Counted from the first letter of the stretch, positions 48,481 through 58,157 are shown. The stretch: DNA of 64,000 nucleotides from a virus (IMGVR_UViG_3300025621_001306:1-64000); one strand, 5' to 3'. Numbers and translations are program-made. Notes: generated by a model not told the origin, from the letters alone.

Positions 48481-49369
48481 TCCAATCTTCTATTTTGCGG
48501 GATGGGTTCCATCCAAGCATAGTTTTAGCCTTAGTGTTGTCCGCAAGAGTTTCTCTTGACTCTCCTGGTCTTGCTGGGATATGAACGTGTTCACCTCCAG
48601 TTAATTTAACCAAATCTAAGACTGAATGATTTGTGCCAGTTCCGAGATTAAAAAGCTCTCCTACGATTTTCTTATCATCCGACTCTCCAGCAAGAAACAT
48701 TGCCTCGACTATGTCTTTAACGTGAGTGTAGTCTCTGGTTTGAAGGCCATCTCCAACAACGGTCATTGCTTCGCCTGATTCTTTTTGCCTAAAGAATAAG
48801 CCGACAACTGGCGCGTAATCTCCAGCTAAAGGCTGACGCTCCCCGTAGACGTTAAAGAATCTAAATAGAACAGTTTCTAGGCCAAAAAGTTTTGTATACA
48901 TTTTGCAAAGCTCTTCACAATTAGACTTGCTTACAGAATATGGGTTCAAGCAATCATTCGGCATATCCTCCTTTAAGGGAATTGGGTTTTTAAGCCCATA
49001 GCAAGAGGATGTCCCTGCGAACATTACTTTTTTGCAGTTATTTAATCGCGCGGCCTGAAGAACGTTGCAAGTTCCTAGTGAGTTGTTCTTGACAGCATCA
49101 GCTGGATCCTGTACGCAAATTTGTATCCTGGACCTGGCGGCTAAATGAAAAACTAAGTCAACACCCTTGAAGAGTGGATTGAGTTTGTCGAAATCGCAAA
49201 TATCTACTTTGTGGTTTTCGCAATCATCTCTCCATGTAAAATTAGAATTTGCAGTGGAGGATTCATCATCAACTACGACGACATCGTGTCCGGCTTTAAG
49301 TAATCTTTCAACAAGATGACCGCCAATAAACCCGGCGCCACCTGTAACTAAACATTTTTTCTTTGACAT
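48458..49369 (-). CDS. NAD-dependent nucleotide-sugar epimerase (UDP-hexose/HexNAc 4-epimerase-like)
   Basis: TGGAGFIG, YSVSK, RFFNVYG, GDGLQTRD. Confidence 0.85.
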   Translation of the reverse strand: MSKKKCLVTGGAGFIGGHLVERLLKAGHDVVVVDDESSTANSNFTWRDDCENHKVDICDFDKLNPLFKGVDLVFHLAARSRIQICVQDPADAVKNNSLGTCNVLQAARLNNCKKVMFAGTSSCYGLKNPIPLKEDMPNDCLNPYSVSKSNCEELCKMYTKLFGLETVLFRFFNVYGERQPLAGDYAPVVGLFFRQKESGEAMTVVGDGLQTRDYTHVKDIVEAMFLAGESDDKKIVGELFNLGTGTNHSVLDLVKLTGGEHVHIPARPGESRETLADNTKAKTMLGWNPSRKIEDWIEKNRPN

Positions 49370-49377
49370 AATTAGTG

Positions 49378-50343
49378 TTACACTTGATCACAGTCAATAT
49401 TTAAATTTTTAAGATACCATTTGTATGTTTTAACTATCCCGTCCTTTAGTGCGACTTTCGGCGAGAACCCTTTTGATTTGATTCTTGTGTTATCCATTTT
49501 TTTTCTAAAAGTTCCGTCTGGCTTGGAGCTGTCAAATACTATTTTTCCGTCATAACCAACTGCGTCTTTAATTAAATGCACTAATTCTAATATACTAACT
49601 TCATACTCTGAGCCACAATTTATATGAGAAATGCCGTCGCTATATATGTCTTTTGCATTTATGTTTTCCATGCAATGAATAACTCCATCGGCCAGATCTT
49701 CTACATATAAAAATTCACGCATAGGTTTTCCAGACCCCCATACTTCTATTGATCTGTCACCTTTTTCTTTTGCGCAATGTATTTTGTTTATTAAGGCAGG
49801 TAAGACGTGCGAACTCTTAAGATCAAAATTATCCCTAGGGCCATATAGGTTGCACGGCATTACCGAGTAAAAGTTGCAACCATATTGATCGTAAAAGCTT
49901 TCGCACATTTTGAGCGCGGCTATTTTAGCTATAGCGTAAGGCTCGTTAGTATGTTCAAGCGGGCCGGTAAGTAAGTATTCTTCCTTGATTGGTATGTCTG
50001 CATGCTTTGGATATATGCATGAAGAACCTAAGTTGATTAACTTCTTGACTCCAAATTTTTGCGCAGCCTTTATTATTGTTGATGAAATTTGTAAATTATC
50101 ATAAAGGAAGTCTGCCCTGTATGTATTGTTGGCTAGAATTCCACCAACTTTAGCTGCACAAAGAATTACCGTGTCAATTTTTTCATCACTAAAGAAGTCC
50201 ATGACCTTATGTTTGTTCATGAGGTTCATTTCCTGCCTAGTCCTAGTTATGATATTAGAATAGTTTAGGGACTCAAGCTTCTCAAGTATAGAAGAGCCGA
50301 CCATTCCTCGATGGCCAGCTATGAATATTTTTTCTTGCTTCAC
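49378..50343 (-). CDS. fcl: GDP-L-fucose synthase
   Basis: GHRGMVG, AAKVGGILAN, GSSCIYP, YAIAK, NLYGP. Confidence 0.93.
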   Translation of the reverse strand: MKQEKIFIAGHRGMVGSSILEKLESLNYSNIITRTRQEMNLMNKHKVMDFFSDEKIDTVILCAAKVGGILANNTYRADFLYDNLQISSTIIKAAQKFGVKKLINLGSSCIYPKHADIPIKEEYLLTGPLEHTNEPYAIAKIAALKMCESFYDQYGCNFYSVMPCNLYGPRDNFDLKSSHVLPALINKIHCAKEKGDRSIEVWGSGKPMREFLYVEDLADGVIHCMENINAKDIYSDGISHINCGSEYEVSILELVHLIKDAVGYDGKIVFDSSKPDGTFRKKMDNTRIKSKGFSPKVALKDGIVKTYKWYLKNLNIDCDQV

Positions 50344-51371
50344 TTAGATAATAACGAATAATCGTTATGGTACATCTTAGAAACGAGCCCAAAAAAGTCT
50401 ACCTTCCTGACCCAACCAAGTTCCTTTTCAGCAAGAGAGCAGTCTCCGCAAAGCTTGTGGACTTCAGCTGGCCTATAGTATTTGGGACTAACCTCAAAGA
50501 ATAATTTGCCTTTTTTTGTGTAAAATTTTTCATTATCATCTTGACCCTCAGAGTAGAAATCTATTTCTGCGAACTCTAAAGTCTTGGTTAGGAATTCTCT
50601 TACGGTGTGCATTTCCCCGCTACCCAATACGTAATTCTTAGGCTTGTCTTGATTCAGCATGATCCATACGCCAGACATGAAATCTTCGGCATCACTCCAG
50701 TCTCTCTTAGCATCAAGGTTTCCTAATTGAAGAATAGGTATATCTTTTCCATCTTCTAAGGCAATTTTAATTTTCGCTATACTGTGGCTAATTTTTCTGG
50801 TTACAAAATCAAGACCTCGCCGAGTACCTTCATGATTAAATAGCCAACCCTGTACTGCATATAAATTGTAGGACTCCCTGTAGACCCTGACAATATGCCT
50901 AGCTGCGCACTTAGCAGCACCATAGGGAGATTGTGGTCTCAGTGGGTGATTCTCATCTTGAGGAACGCACACCACATCTCCGAATTCTTCAGATGATCCA
51001 GCATTATAAAATCTACATTCCGGAGCAAATCTTCTTATCGATTCCATGATATGTAGAACCGCGTCAGCGTCAGTATCCCATGTCTGGATTGGATAATCCC
51101 AGCTTCCAGCCACAAAAGATTGAGCTGCAAAATTAATAAAATAATCTGGCTTAATATCTAGTATTACGTCCCGAATACTGTGCGCATCATTTAAGTCCAT
51201 GTTGATTAACTCGAATCTAGGGTTGCCTTCTAGGTGCAGGATATTCTCGTGGTTTTTAACGCTCAACCTGCGTACCGAGCCATAAATTTTATGATCAGTG
51301 TTCTTTAATAAATAGTCGACCATGTGACTTCCGTCTTGACCGGTGACTCCTGTTATAATTATTTTTTTCAT
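50340..51371 (-). CDS. gmd: GDP-mannose 4,6-dehydratase
   Basis: TGVTGQDGS, AQSFV, SPYGAAK, FNHE, FVTRKI, GNLDAKRDW. Confidence 0.93.
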   Translation of the reverse strand: MKKIIITGVTGQDGSHMVDYLLKNTDHKIYGSVRRLSVKNHENILHLEGNPRFELINMDLNDAHSIRDVILDIKPDYFINFAAQSFVAGSWDYPIQTWDTDADAVLHIMESIRRFAPECRFYNAGSSEEFGDVVCVPQDENHPLRPQSPYGAAKCAARHIVRVYRESYNLYAVQGWLFNHEGTRRGLDFVTRKISHSIAKIKIALEDGKDIPILQLGNLDAKRDWSDAEDFMSGVWIMLNQDKPKNYVLGSGEMHTVREFLTKTLEFAEIDFYSEGQDDNEKFYTKKGKLFFEVSPKYYRPAEVHKLCGDCSLAEKELGWVRKVDFFGLVSKMYHNDYSLLSK

Positions 51372-51408
51372 TTATAAATTGTAAGATTTTCAGATTGGAA
51401 TTCAATTT

Positions 51409-52203
51409 TTAATTGTTGTGTAGTATTTTTTTAAGATCATGGAAGTGGCTATCATGATCAATCGAGACGTGTATCTTTGGTGGGAGTTCTATGCTTCTAT
51501 AAAGGTAAACTATCTTGTCGTATGCCTGTTTGTATTTTTTGTAGCTACCTGTGTCTCCTCCTTTATATCTTTGTTGGTTAAATAAACCAAAACCCTTTAG
51601 GTCTAAGTTTTTTATAGATTTAAACCAATAGAAAACCATCGGAAGAAGGAAATATGTTAATTTATCTATCTCTCCCCTGCCATTGGTAAACCTATAAAGG
51701 TTATCCTGGAAGCATATATTTTGCTTTATTGCTGATTTTTCATTATTTAAAATGAACGTAGGATTTTGAGCGAAGCAGTTTTTATAAGTTTCGATTATTG
51801 GGTTTGTTTTATACAAAGATAAATATGATTTGTTTTTTATAAAATCATTTATTCCAAATTTAGGATTTCCGTTTATTTTTTTATTAACATTTAATATTGA
51901 TTCGTAATTAAACATTTCGTAGCCCAGGAAGTTTACATCAGCAAGAAAATCTGGATTGATCTCAGATAGTACATGACAATAAGATTGCGGGTCGATAAAA
52001 ATGTGAAAGTCAGGGGATAGGGATATGTCTTTAAGGAAAAACATAGAAGATGAAGAAAAGGATATAATTACATATCCGTCTTGACGTTTTGATTCTATGT
52101 ATTTTTTGGTTGTTTTTTTATCCAAAGCTGGCCCCAGTAATAAAACTTTACTTGAAGAAAATAAATCATTAATACTATCTGACTGGGAGCTTTTTGCCTT
52201 CAC
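51409..52203 (-). CDS. Maf/sialyltransferase-like fold protein (tentative)
   Basis: KVLLLGP, PDFHIFIDP, LDLKGF; adjacent to the CMP-sugar synthetase. Confidence 0.45.
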   Translation of the reverse strand: MKAKSSQSDSINDLFSSSKVLLLGPALDKKTTKKYIESKRQDGYVIISFSSSSMFFLKDISLSPDFHIFIDPQSYCHVLSEINPDFLADVNFLGYEMFNYESILNVNKKINGNPKFGINDFIKNKSYLSLYKTNPIIETYKNCFAQNPTFILNNEKSAIKQNICFQDNLYRFTNGRGEIDKLTYFLLPMVFYWFKSIKNLDLKGFGLFNQQRYKGGDTGSYKKYKQAYDKIVYLYRSIELPPKIHVSIDHDSHFHDLKKILHNN

Positions 52204-52212
52204 GAGATAAGT

Positions 52213-52980
52213 CTAAGCTTGTCGGCCTTTGTGTGACTTGTTTTTTGACTTTTGTTTTGAGAAATTACCATAAAGAACCTCGCCGACATCAAACTGCCAT
52301 TGAAAGTCTATGTCAAAACACTCCAGTTCGTCTAAGCAGAAAAGTAGTGGTTTAGCTGGGCTTTTTGTGTCCATGAAGTATCCGTCTTCAATGATGTCAA
52401 GTCTGGTTGCGTAAAGACAATGGGCACCTTCGTACACGGGGTCAACAATTTTTGTATTCATGATGGGCAGATCCTTCCAGTCTGTAATACTGTTGTTGTC
52501 GGAATCCCAAAAGTAATTCCTTTTCTCGAACACCGAAAATGCACCCTCTTTTTCTGATTCTATAAATCTTGATACAAAATCATCTATGCTAGTTATACTT
52601 AAAAGGGGGTTGCATGCGCTAATTAAAATTGCATATTTATATTTTTTACTGAAATTTAAATTAATTTTGTTGTGCCATTCAAAGATTATTTTCATATCTT
52701 TTTCTTCGTTGGCGGAGGATTTAGATCTATTGTATATGTTTATGTTGTGTTTCTCGCCTATTTCTTTTATTTCCGTTTCATAGCATGAAAGATATATGTT
52801 ATCTTTTGGTATGATTGAAGAGTTCGAGAGTTTCGATAAGCAGATATCTAATAGCGTCGAACCAGCAAAAGGTCTTGTCATCTTTTTTGGAACACGCTCG
52901 GAGTTTAACCTAGCTTGCACAATGAAGCAGATATCGTTTATGCTTCTTGGTGGTTCGGCTGTAATTTTATTGGTCGCCAT
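52213..52980 (-). CDS. Acylneuraminate cytidylyltransferase (NeuA/PseF family)
   Basis: QARLNSERVPKKM..PFAG, NPL, DID. Confidence 0.82.
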   Translation of the reverse strand: MATNKITAEPPRSINDICFIVQARLNSERVPKKMTRPFAGSTLLDICLSKLSNSSIIPKDNIYLSCYETEIKEIGEKHNINIYNRSKSSANEEKDMKIIFEWHNKINLNFSKKYKYAILISACNPLLSITSIDDFVSRFIESEKEGAFSVFEKRNYFWDSDNNSITDWKDLPIMNTKIVDPVYEGAHCLYATRLDIIEDGYFMDTKSPAKPLLFCLDELECFDIDFQWQFDVGEVLYGNFSKQKSKNKSHKGRQA

Positions 52981-53167
52981 GTGTTTTGTTATTTGCTAAT
53001 TTATCTAATAGCATGCTGATTTTTCCGTCACTCTTATTTATTTCCGCTAGTATTGGCCTTGCTTCTTCTGGAGCATGCTTGAAGGCAACCCTCAGGATAT
53101 CCATCCAGTTCTTATTATTTTTACTCCTAACTTCTTCGACTGCATCTATTATTTCTAAATCTTTCAT
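52967..53167 (-). CDS. Small helical hypothetical protein
   Basis: 66 aa, coupled within the operon. Confidence 0.6.
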   Translation of the reverse strand: MKDLEIIDAVEEVRSKNNKNWMDILRVAFKHAPEEARPILAEINKSDGKISMLLDKLANNKTHGDQ

Positions 53168-53586
53168 ATTGTTTTTTCGTATAACTGTGGGGATTTGTAC
53201 GTAAAGCCGTTTCGTTCCGCCATCTTTATGGAACTGATATTTTCTTTTTTAATTTCAGCAAGAAAATAACCTTTAGCGCTACCAAGAAATAAGGATAGCA
53301 TTAAGCTGCCAAGCCCCTTGCCTCTATGCTTCGCGTCTATACTCCACGAGAGAAATTTCTCGTTTTGATTATTTGTGTCACATCTTATCGTACCAATGGA
53401 TTCGCTATTAGGATCTTCCATTATTAAAATATCCCTACTAGAATTGGATAAGCTGCGACTAAACCATTCCTTGTGTTGTTTTTCTGTAATAGCTGCTTGG
53501 TCAAATGAATTTAATCTAGTCGTGGGATCGTTTCTGCAGTTTAGTAAGAAACTCCAATCTTCAAAAACAGCAGGTCTTAAGTACAT
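53164..53586 (-). CDS. pseH: PseH-like GNAT N-acetyltransferase
   Basis: RNDP..R..SF....I...QH..WF, RGKGLG, N..S......GF. Confidence 0.72.
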   Translation of the reverse strand: MYLRPAVFEDWSFLLNCRNDPTTRLNSFDQAAITEKQHKEWFSRSLSNSSRDILIMEDPNSESIGTIRCDTNNQNEKFLSWSIDAKHRGKGLGSLMLSLFLGSAKGYFLAEIKKENISSIKMAERNGFTYKSPQLYEKTI

Positions 53587-54557
53587 ATAAAATCATCTTT
53601 ATTGTAAATTTTATCAGAAACCCTGCCAATTGTCAAGTCAAAATTTCTTGCAGGCACGTTTCCAGTCAGGAAGGGTCTTTTTGTTGTGATATTCTCAGTG
53701 GTGAATGCTTCGCCTTTTCTTATCTCCGTCTTTGCTACCACGGACCTCATTGCATTTTTGAATTTAATTTCCGAATTAGATAATTCGTTTGATTTTTTTA
53801 ACTCTAATGATTTTTCTGAAAATTTTATATATTCAATCATTTGGTTTAATTCGCTTGGTTCTAGTGCGAACGAGTGGTCTGGTCCAGGCAAGTTCTTGCT
53901 TAATGTAAAATGTTTTTCTATAATTTTTGCGCCAGCAGCAACAGCTAGAGCTGGAGTAAGTGGACTCTCTGTATGGTCAGATAGCCCCCACTTGTGGCGA
54001 CTGTCTTGAGATAAACGCCTTACGATGCCAATACCTGCGTCTTCTATTGGGGTTGGGTATGCGTTGTTACAGTGCATGAAGCTCAAGCAATTACCATATT
54101 TATTGGAAATGTCAAAAATTCTATCGATAAAACTCATTTCAAAACCTATACCTAAGGAAATAATAATTGGCAGTCCGGACGAGGCTACCATATCTATAAA
54201 TCTAAAATCCGTGCATTCAAATCCTGATATTTTTAATCGACTTACGCCTAGATCAACCAACTCTTCTACAGCTTTTTCGTCAAAAGGAGTTGACATGAAT
54301 TCAATTCCAATATCATCGCAATACTTTTTAAGTTCTTTTTGCCATTCACGCGGAAGCTCTAAATCCCTGATGAGTTTATTTATGTCTTTATATCCTGCGA
54401 AGTCTGGAGTGTTTTTACTGTATAGAGTTTCCGAGGAGTATGTTTGGAATTTACAGGCAGAAGCGCCTGCCTTAAACGCGACATCGATCAGGGACTTAGC
54501 TTGATCAAAATTTCTATTGTGATTTGACCCAGCCTCAGCTATCACAAAAGTGTTCAT
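53577..54557 (-). CDS. pseI: Nonulosonic acid synthase (PseI/NeuB) with C-terminal SAF domain
   Basis: IAEAGSNHN, KFQT, STPFD, HC...YP, GLSDHT, IEKHFT. Confidence 0.88.
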   Translation of the reverse strand: MNTFVIAEAGSNHNRNFDQAKSLIDVAFKAGASACKFQTYSSETLYSKNTPDFAGYKDINKLIRDLELPREWQKELKKYCDDIGIEFMSTPFDEKAVEELVDLGVSRLKISGFECTDFRFIDMVASSGLPIIISLGIGFEMSFIDRIFDISNKYGNCLSFMHCNNAYPTPIEDAGIGIVRRLSQDSRHKWGLSDHTESPLTPALAVAAGAKIIEKHFTLSKNLPGPDHSFALEPSELNQMIEYIKFSEKSLELKKSNELSNSEIKFKNAMRSVVAKTEIRKGEAFTTENITTKRPFLTGNVPARNFDLTIGRVSDKIYNKDDFICT

Positions 54558-54558
54558 T

Positions 54559-55599
54559 CTAATTGATCATTATGGAGTCCGCCCACATTTCGATAATGGG
54601 TGGTTCTTCGATTTTGTATAATGGAAGGTTTATTATATTTTTATGTATACTTTCTGAGTTTTTAAGTTTAGCCTTAGAGTTGAAGTATTTAGTTTTGTGG
54701 AGTAGTGGATAATGCGTTGACGTTGGGTACAGTTTTTTGATTTTATTTCTATTATTATCGTCAGCTATTATTGTAGAGAAGTAGTAAGAGCTATTTTCGT
54801 CGTGATCAATTAGTCTTGAGTTAAACAATATGTCGTCAAAAACCGCAGTCCTTGACTTGATTAAATTAAAATTATGTTTTCTTGTTTTTAATCTATCTGC
54901 GTGTGTCTTTAGACTTTCGATAGCTAGACAAGAGTTCAAATCGTTCATGTAAAATTTAAAGCCAGACTGAACTATGTCGTAAGAATTTTTAGTGTTTTTC
55001 CTTCCGAAGTTTCTGTAGCAATTAAAGAAGTCTCTAGCTTTTTTGCAGTCGGTACTAATCATACCACCGTCACTTGAGCAGATTGGCTTATACGGATGAA
55101 ACGAAAAGAAAGTAAAGTCAGATTTTATTTTTGGAGTAACACAATGAGCGGAATCAACAACCAACGTTTCGTCACCTTTTAATTTTAGGTTAGGTATTTG
55201 GCTGACACCGCCATATAAAACTGGCATTACAACCGAATGATTCTGGCTATTGTTTGATCTTTTGTATAGATAATCATCAAAATCAAAAAGCAAATTATCA
55301 TCAACATCCACGAATATTATATTGTGACCTAGGTGTTGGGCAGCCCAAGCTGGCGAGACGAAGCCGATAGATGGAGTATATACATCGCAGGGTCCGTGGA
55401 TAGATTTTAGATATTCGAAAATCATAAATGCAGCGGAACTCGCAGAGCTTGTTGATACATTATATTGTTTGCCAGATTTATTCTTGAAGAGTTTCTCTAG
55501 TTTAGACGATAGCGGACCAAAACCTATGTCCCCACTCTCTATTAACTTAGAGGCTAGCATGGTTTCTTTAGCGGAGAAGTTGCTGTTGAATAGTTTCAT
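54559..55599 (-). CDS. pseC: DegT/PseC PLP-dependent sugar aminotransferase
   Basis: VDSAH, FSFHPYKPI..DGG; start moved to ATG 55599 (ATGA overlap). Confidence 0.78.
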   Translation of the reverse strand: MKLFNSNFSAKETMLASKLIESGDIGFGPLSSKLEKLFKNKSGKQYNVSTSSASSAAFMIFEYLKSIHGPCDVYTPSIGFVSPAWAAQHLGHNIIFVDVDDNLLFDFDDYLYKRSNNSQNHSVVMPVLYGGVSQIPNLKLKGDETLVVDSAHCVTPKIKSDFTFFSFHPYKPICSSDGGMISTDCKKARDFFNCYRNFGRKNTKNSYDIVQSGFKFYMNDLNSCLAIESLKTHADRLKTRKHNFNLIKSRTAVFDDILFNSRLIDHDENSSYYFSTIIADDNNRNKIKKLYPTSTHYPLLHKTKYFNSKAKLKNSESIHKNIINLPLYKIEEPPIIEMWADSIMIN

Positions 55600-56576
55600 G
55601 AGATTCCCGATTTTATTAAGGATATTAATGTTTCGGTGTTGCTTTCGACCCACAGTTTTGAGTTAAAGTGAGGGCCGGTGTATTTCTCGAAATCTTGGTG
55701 TTTTTTGTTTGTGTACTGTGGTCGTATTTGTAGTAAATTTATGTTTGGAACCCTGTAGGTAAAGGGGATCTCCGTGATTGAAAGCATATCTTCATGCAAT
55801 TTCTCTCCAGGCCTTAAGCCTGATATTTTTGTAATAGACTTCTTTTGTAGTATTTCTTCTAGGGCAGAAATGCAGAGAGGCAGTGTGTAAGAGTTTATTT
55901 CTGGTACAAAAACTTCACCACCAAAAGAGTTAACCAACGCATCAATGACTGTATTTACGGCATCATTAAGTGTGAACAGAAATCTAGTCATATCGTTCGA
56001 GGTGACGTTAATTGGTTTGTTGTTTTTTATTTTATCAATAAATAAAGGTATGAATGAACCTCGTGAGGCAATTACGTTACCGTATCTAACTGAGGAAAAA
56101 ATAGTCTTAGAGCCTTGGTTGTGAAAGTCAAAGTTAGTGAAGATTCTCTCTGCTATGAATTTACTACAACCATAGACGTTTACTGGTTCACAGGCCTTAT
56201 CTGTAGAAATTAAGATGCACTTGCTGACGTTATTAAGTAGTGCCGCTTTCGCCACATTTCTTGAGCCTTCTATGTTTGTTTTTACGCATTCATCTGGAAA
56301 TATTTCCATGTCATCAATGCGCTTTAAAGCAGCAGCGTGAATTACGTAATCTGGCTTATGAGAAAAGAAAGTTTGGTTGACTTTCTCGAAGTCTCTTATG
56401 TCACCAATAACGGTTTCTACCTCTGGGAGTGAGTCTTTGATTGTGGCATGCTTCCCTTCGTCTCTACTGAACACTATTACTCTACAGTTTAATGATTTGA
56501 GTTTTTCGCATAAAGCTGACCCCAGAGATCCTGCGCCGCCTGTTATCAGTATAGTTTTATTTTTAAGCGATGTCAT
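55596..56576 (-). CDS. pseB: UDP-GlcNAc 4,6-dehydratase (PseB/FlaA1/CapD-like)
   Basis: TGGAGSLG, FSRDEGK, HAAALK, STDKA, YGCSK, RYGNVIASRGS, RPGEKLHE. Confidence 0.85.
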   Translation of the reverse strand: MTSLKNKTILITGGAGSLGSALCEKLKSLNCRVIVFSRDEGKHATIKDSLPEVETVIGDIRDFEKVNQTFFSHKPDYVIHAAALKRIDDMEIFPDECVKTNIEGSRNVAKAALLNNVSKCILISTDKACEPVNVYGCSKFIAERIFTNFDFHNQGSKTIFSSVRYGNVIASRGSFIPLFIDKIKNNKPINVTSNDMTRFLFTLNDAVNTVIDALVNSFGGEVFVPEINSYTLPLCISALEEILQKKSITKISGLRPGEKLHEDMLSITEIPFTYRVPNINLLQIRPQYTNKKHQDFEKYTGPHFNSKLWVESNTETLISLIKSGIS

Positions 56577-57351
56577 TTATTTTTATTTTTTTTATTGATT
56601 CTGGGTAGTTGTTGAATTTGGAAACCAATTCTAGTGATACGCCCTTGTTTGAAAACCAGTCATTCCATGAGTTCATTAATCTTAAGTGCATATTTTTCTC
56701 TTCGTTGAAGTTGATCCATGGGGCGCTAGAATGCGGGTCGTTTGATATTTTATTGCATTTATTGTTTTCATCCCTGTAGAAATGAGTCTTATTCCCGGAT
56801 GATTCATTATCGCAACCTATTAGTATGATTCTGGAGAAACCTAAATGCTCACACATATAAAATATTAACTCGGACATGATTCCCGGACCGTATGGTCTTA
56901 GATGGATATCACAACCGTTCCAAGCAGACTTTATAAAATTTCCCTCTGATAATACCCATTTGTCTAACTCCCTGTGAGTGCCTTCGTTGGCGCATAATGC
57001 TGATAAGCTTCTACCCTTATCCCTCTCCTTGATGTGAAAATATAAATCAAATGGATTACTGGATGGCGCCAAACTTGAAGCTTCGACTATCATTGGTTTT
57101 TTTTCTCCATAAGCATAACTTTCCATATTACAACAGTTATATGCGTGAATGTCAACAAAATTCTTAAACAAATTATAAGACTGCTTGATTGCTATAACCC
57201 TGTAGGCGCTCAACAACTCCATCATCAAGCCATCGTCATAATCACTAAGGAATGGCGAGCACCCAAGCACGATAGCGGTCTCGCCCTTAAACTTATTACA
57301 TACGGATTCAATTAGGGCCGATTGATTTTTTAAAACTTTTTCACTTGACAT
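56563..57351 (-). CDS. Maf/DUF115-like putative nonulosonate transferase
   Basis: NKFKGETAIVLGCSP.L, LGFSRIILIGCD, HFY. Confidence 0.62.
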   Translation of the reverse strand: MSSEKVLKNQSALIESVCNKFKGETAIVLGCSPFLSDYDDGLMMELLSAYRVIAIKQSYNLFKNFVDIHAYNCCNMESYAYGEKKPMIVEASSLAPSSNPFDLYFHIKERDKGRSLSALCANEGTHRELDKWVLSEGNFIKSAWNGCDIHLRPYGPGIMSELIFYMCEHLGFSRIILIGCDNESSGNKTHFYRDENNKCNKISNDPHSSAPWINFNEEKNMHLRLMNSWNDWFSNKGVSLELVSKFNNYPESIKKIKINDIA

Positions 57352-57372
57352 TTTCTTAATTTATGTTATAAT
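57345..57372 (+). promoter_or_regulatory. Sigma70-type promoter P1
   Basis: TTGACA-16-TATAAT with TGn extension. Confidence 0.7.
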
Positions 57373-57479
57373 GCTTCAAAAGCTTTAGCTATTGAAGCTA
57401 TTCTCATGTTAATCTTATTTGTCTAACGTTAGTCTAATCAATCAGTAATCTTACGGAGACCTCATATCTTACGAAGACC
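57373..57479. repeat. Palindrome plus direct repeats at the strand-switch point
   Basis: GCTTCAAAAGCT-TT-AGCTATTGAAGC (57373-57398); ATCTTACG(G/A)AGACC at 57448 and 57466. Confidence 0.7.
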
Positions 57480-57510
57480 AAGCGCGCGAGATTTTCTTCT
57501 TTCTTTTTGC

Positions 57511-57539
57511 TTGACATTACTATGATTATATGTTAGTCT
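57511..57539 (+). promoter_or_regulatory. Sigma70-type promoter P2 for the sigma-factor operon
   Basis: TTGACA-17-TAGTCT with TGn extension. Confidence 0.6.
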
Positions 57540-57560
57540 CTTATTTATTCTAAATAAAAA

Positions 57561-58157
57561 ATGGAAATAAACTCCTTATCCGATAATGAGCTAGTCTGCA
57601 ATTTGCAGGTTGGCGTAGAACCCGAGCAAAGCTTGGGCGAATTGGTTCAACGTCATAGTGGTATATTCATAACGATGGTGAATAATTACTCTCCTACTAG
57701 CACGTCCGGGATAGTCTCAGACAGGGTAGATCTACTGAAGGATAGAAATTACTATATTTATAAAGCGGCGCTAAAATACGATGACTCTAGAAATACTAAA
57801 TTCTCAACCCATCTTGGTAACGAGACTAGATGGTTGTGCTTGAACTTATATAATAAAAATAAGAACTCAAAAGAAGTTCACATGGATTATGCTGATATCG
57901 GAAAGAGATCAGAGAATCAACCTGAAGATAAAAAAGTAGACCTAGAAGTTTTAAGCAAGATAATGAACCTAATAAATAAAGATCCTGACACCAGGGTTTC
58001 AAAGATATTCAAAATGAGATACATAGAAGGGCAGAGAAACAACGTAATGCCATGGAATAAAATATGCAAGCCACTAAAGCTTAGCATACAGGGGTGCATA
58101 AACATCCACGACAAAGCAATCACTAAAATAAAAAGAGAACTAAAAAACGAATTATGA
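57561..58157 (+). CDS. Phage-encoded sigma70-family sigma factor
   Basis: Region 2-like YKAALKYDDSRNTKFST; region 4-like IFKMRY...HTH...HDKAITKIK. Confidence 0.78.
   Translation: MEINSLSDNELVCNLQVGVEPEQSLGELVQRHSGIFITMVNNYSPTSTSGIVSDRVDLLKDRNYYIYKAALKYDDSRNTKFSTHLGNETRWLCLNLYNKNKNSKEVHMDYADIGKRSENQPEDKKVDLEVLSKIMNLINKDPDTRVSKIFKMRYIEGQRNNVMPWNKICKPLKLSIQGCINIHDKAITKIKRELKNEL

Noticed and set aside
114-56598. Many short plus-strand ORFs in the track (e.g. 143-652, 30447-30941, 45972-46577, 54025-54504)
   Set aside because: They lie antisense to well-supported minus-strand genes and have no recognisable motifs.
20765-57351. Cellular O-antigen or capsule locus
   Set aside because: No flippase, polymerase, exporter or initiating transferase is visible, and the genes are interleaved with phage-type replication and structural genes. 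A phage origin is favoured, although no capsid or terminase gene is in this window.
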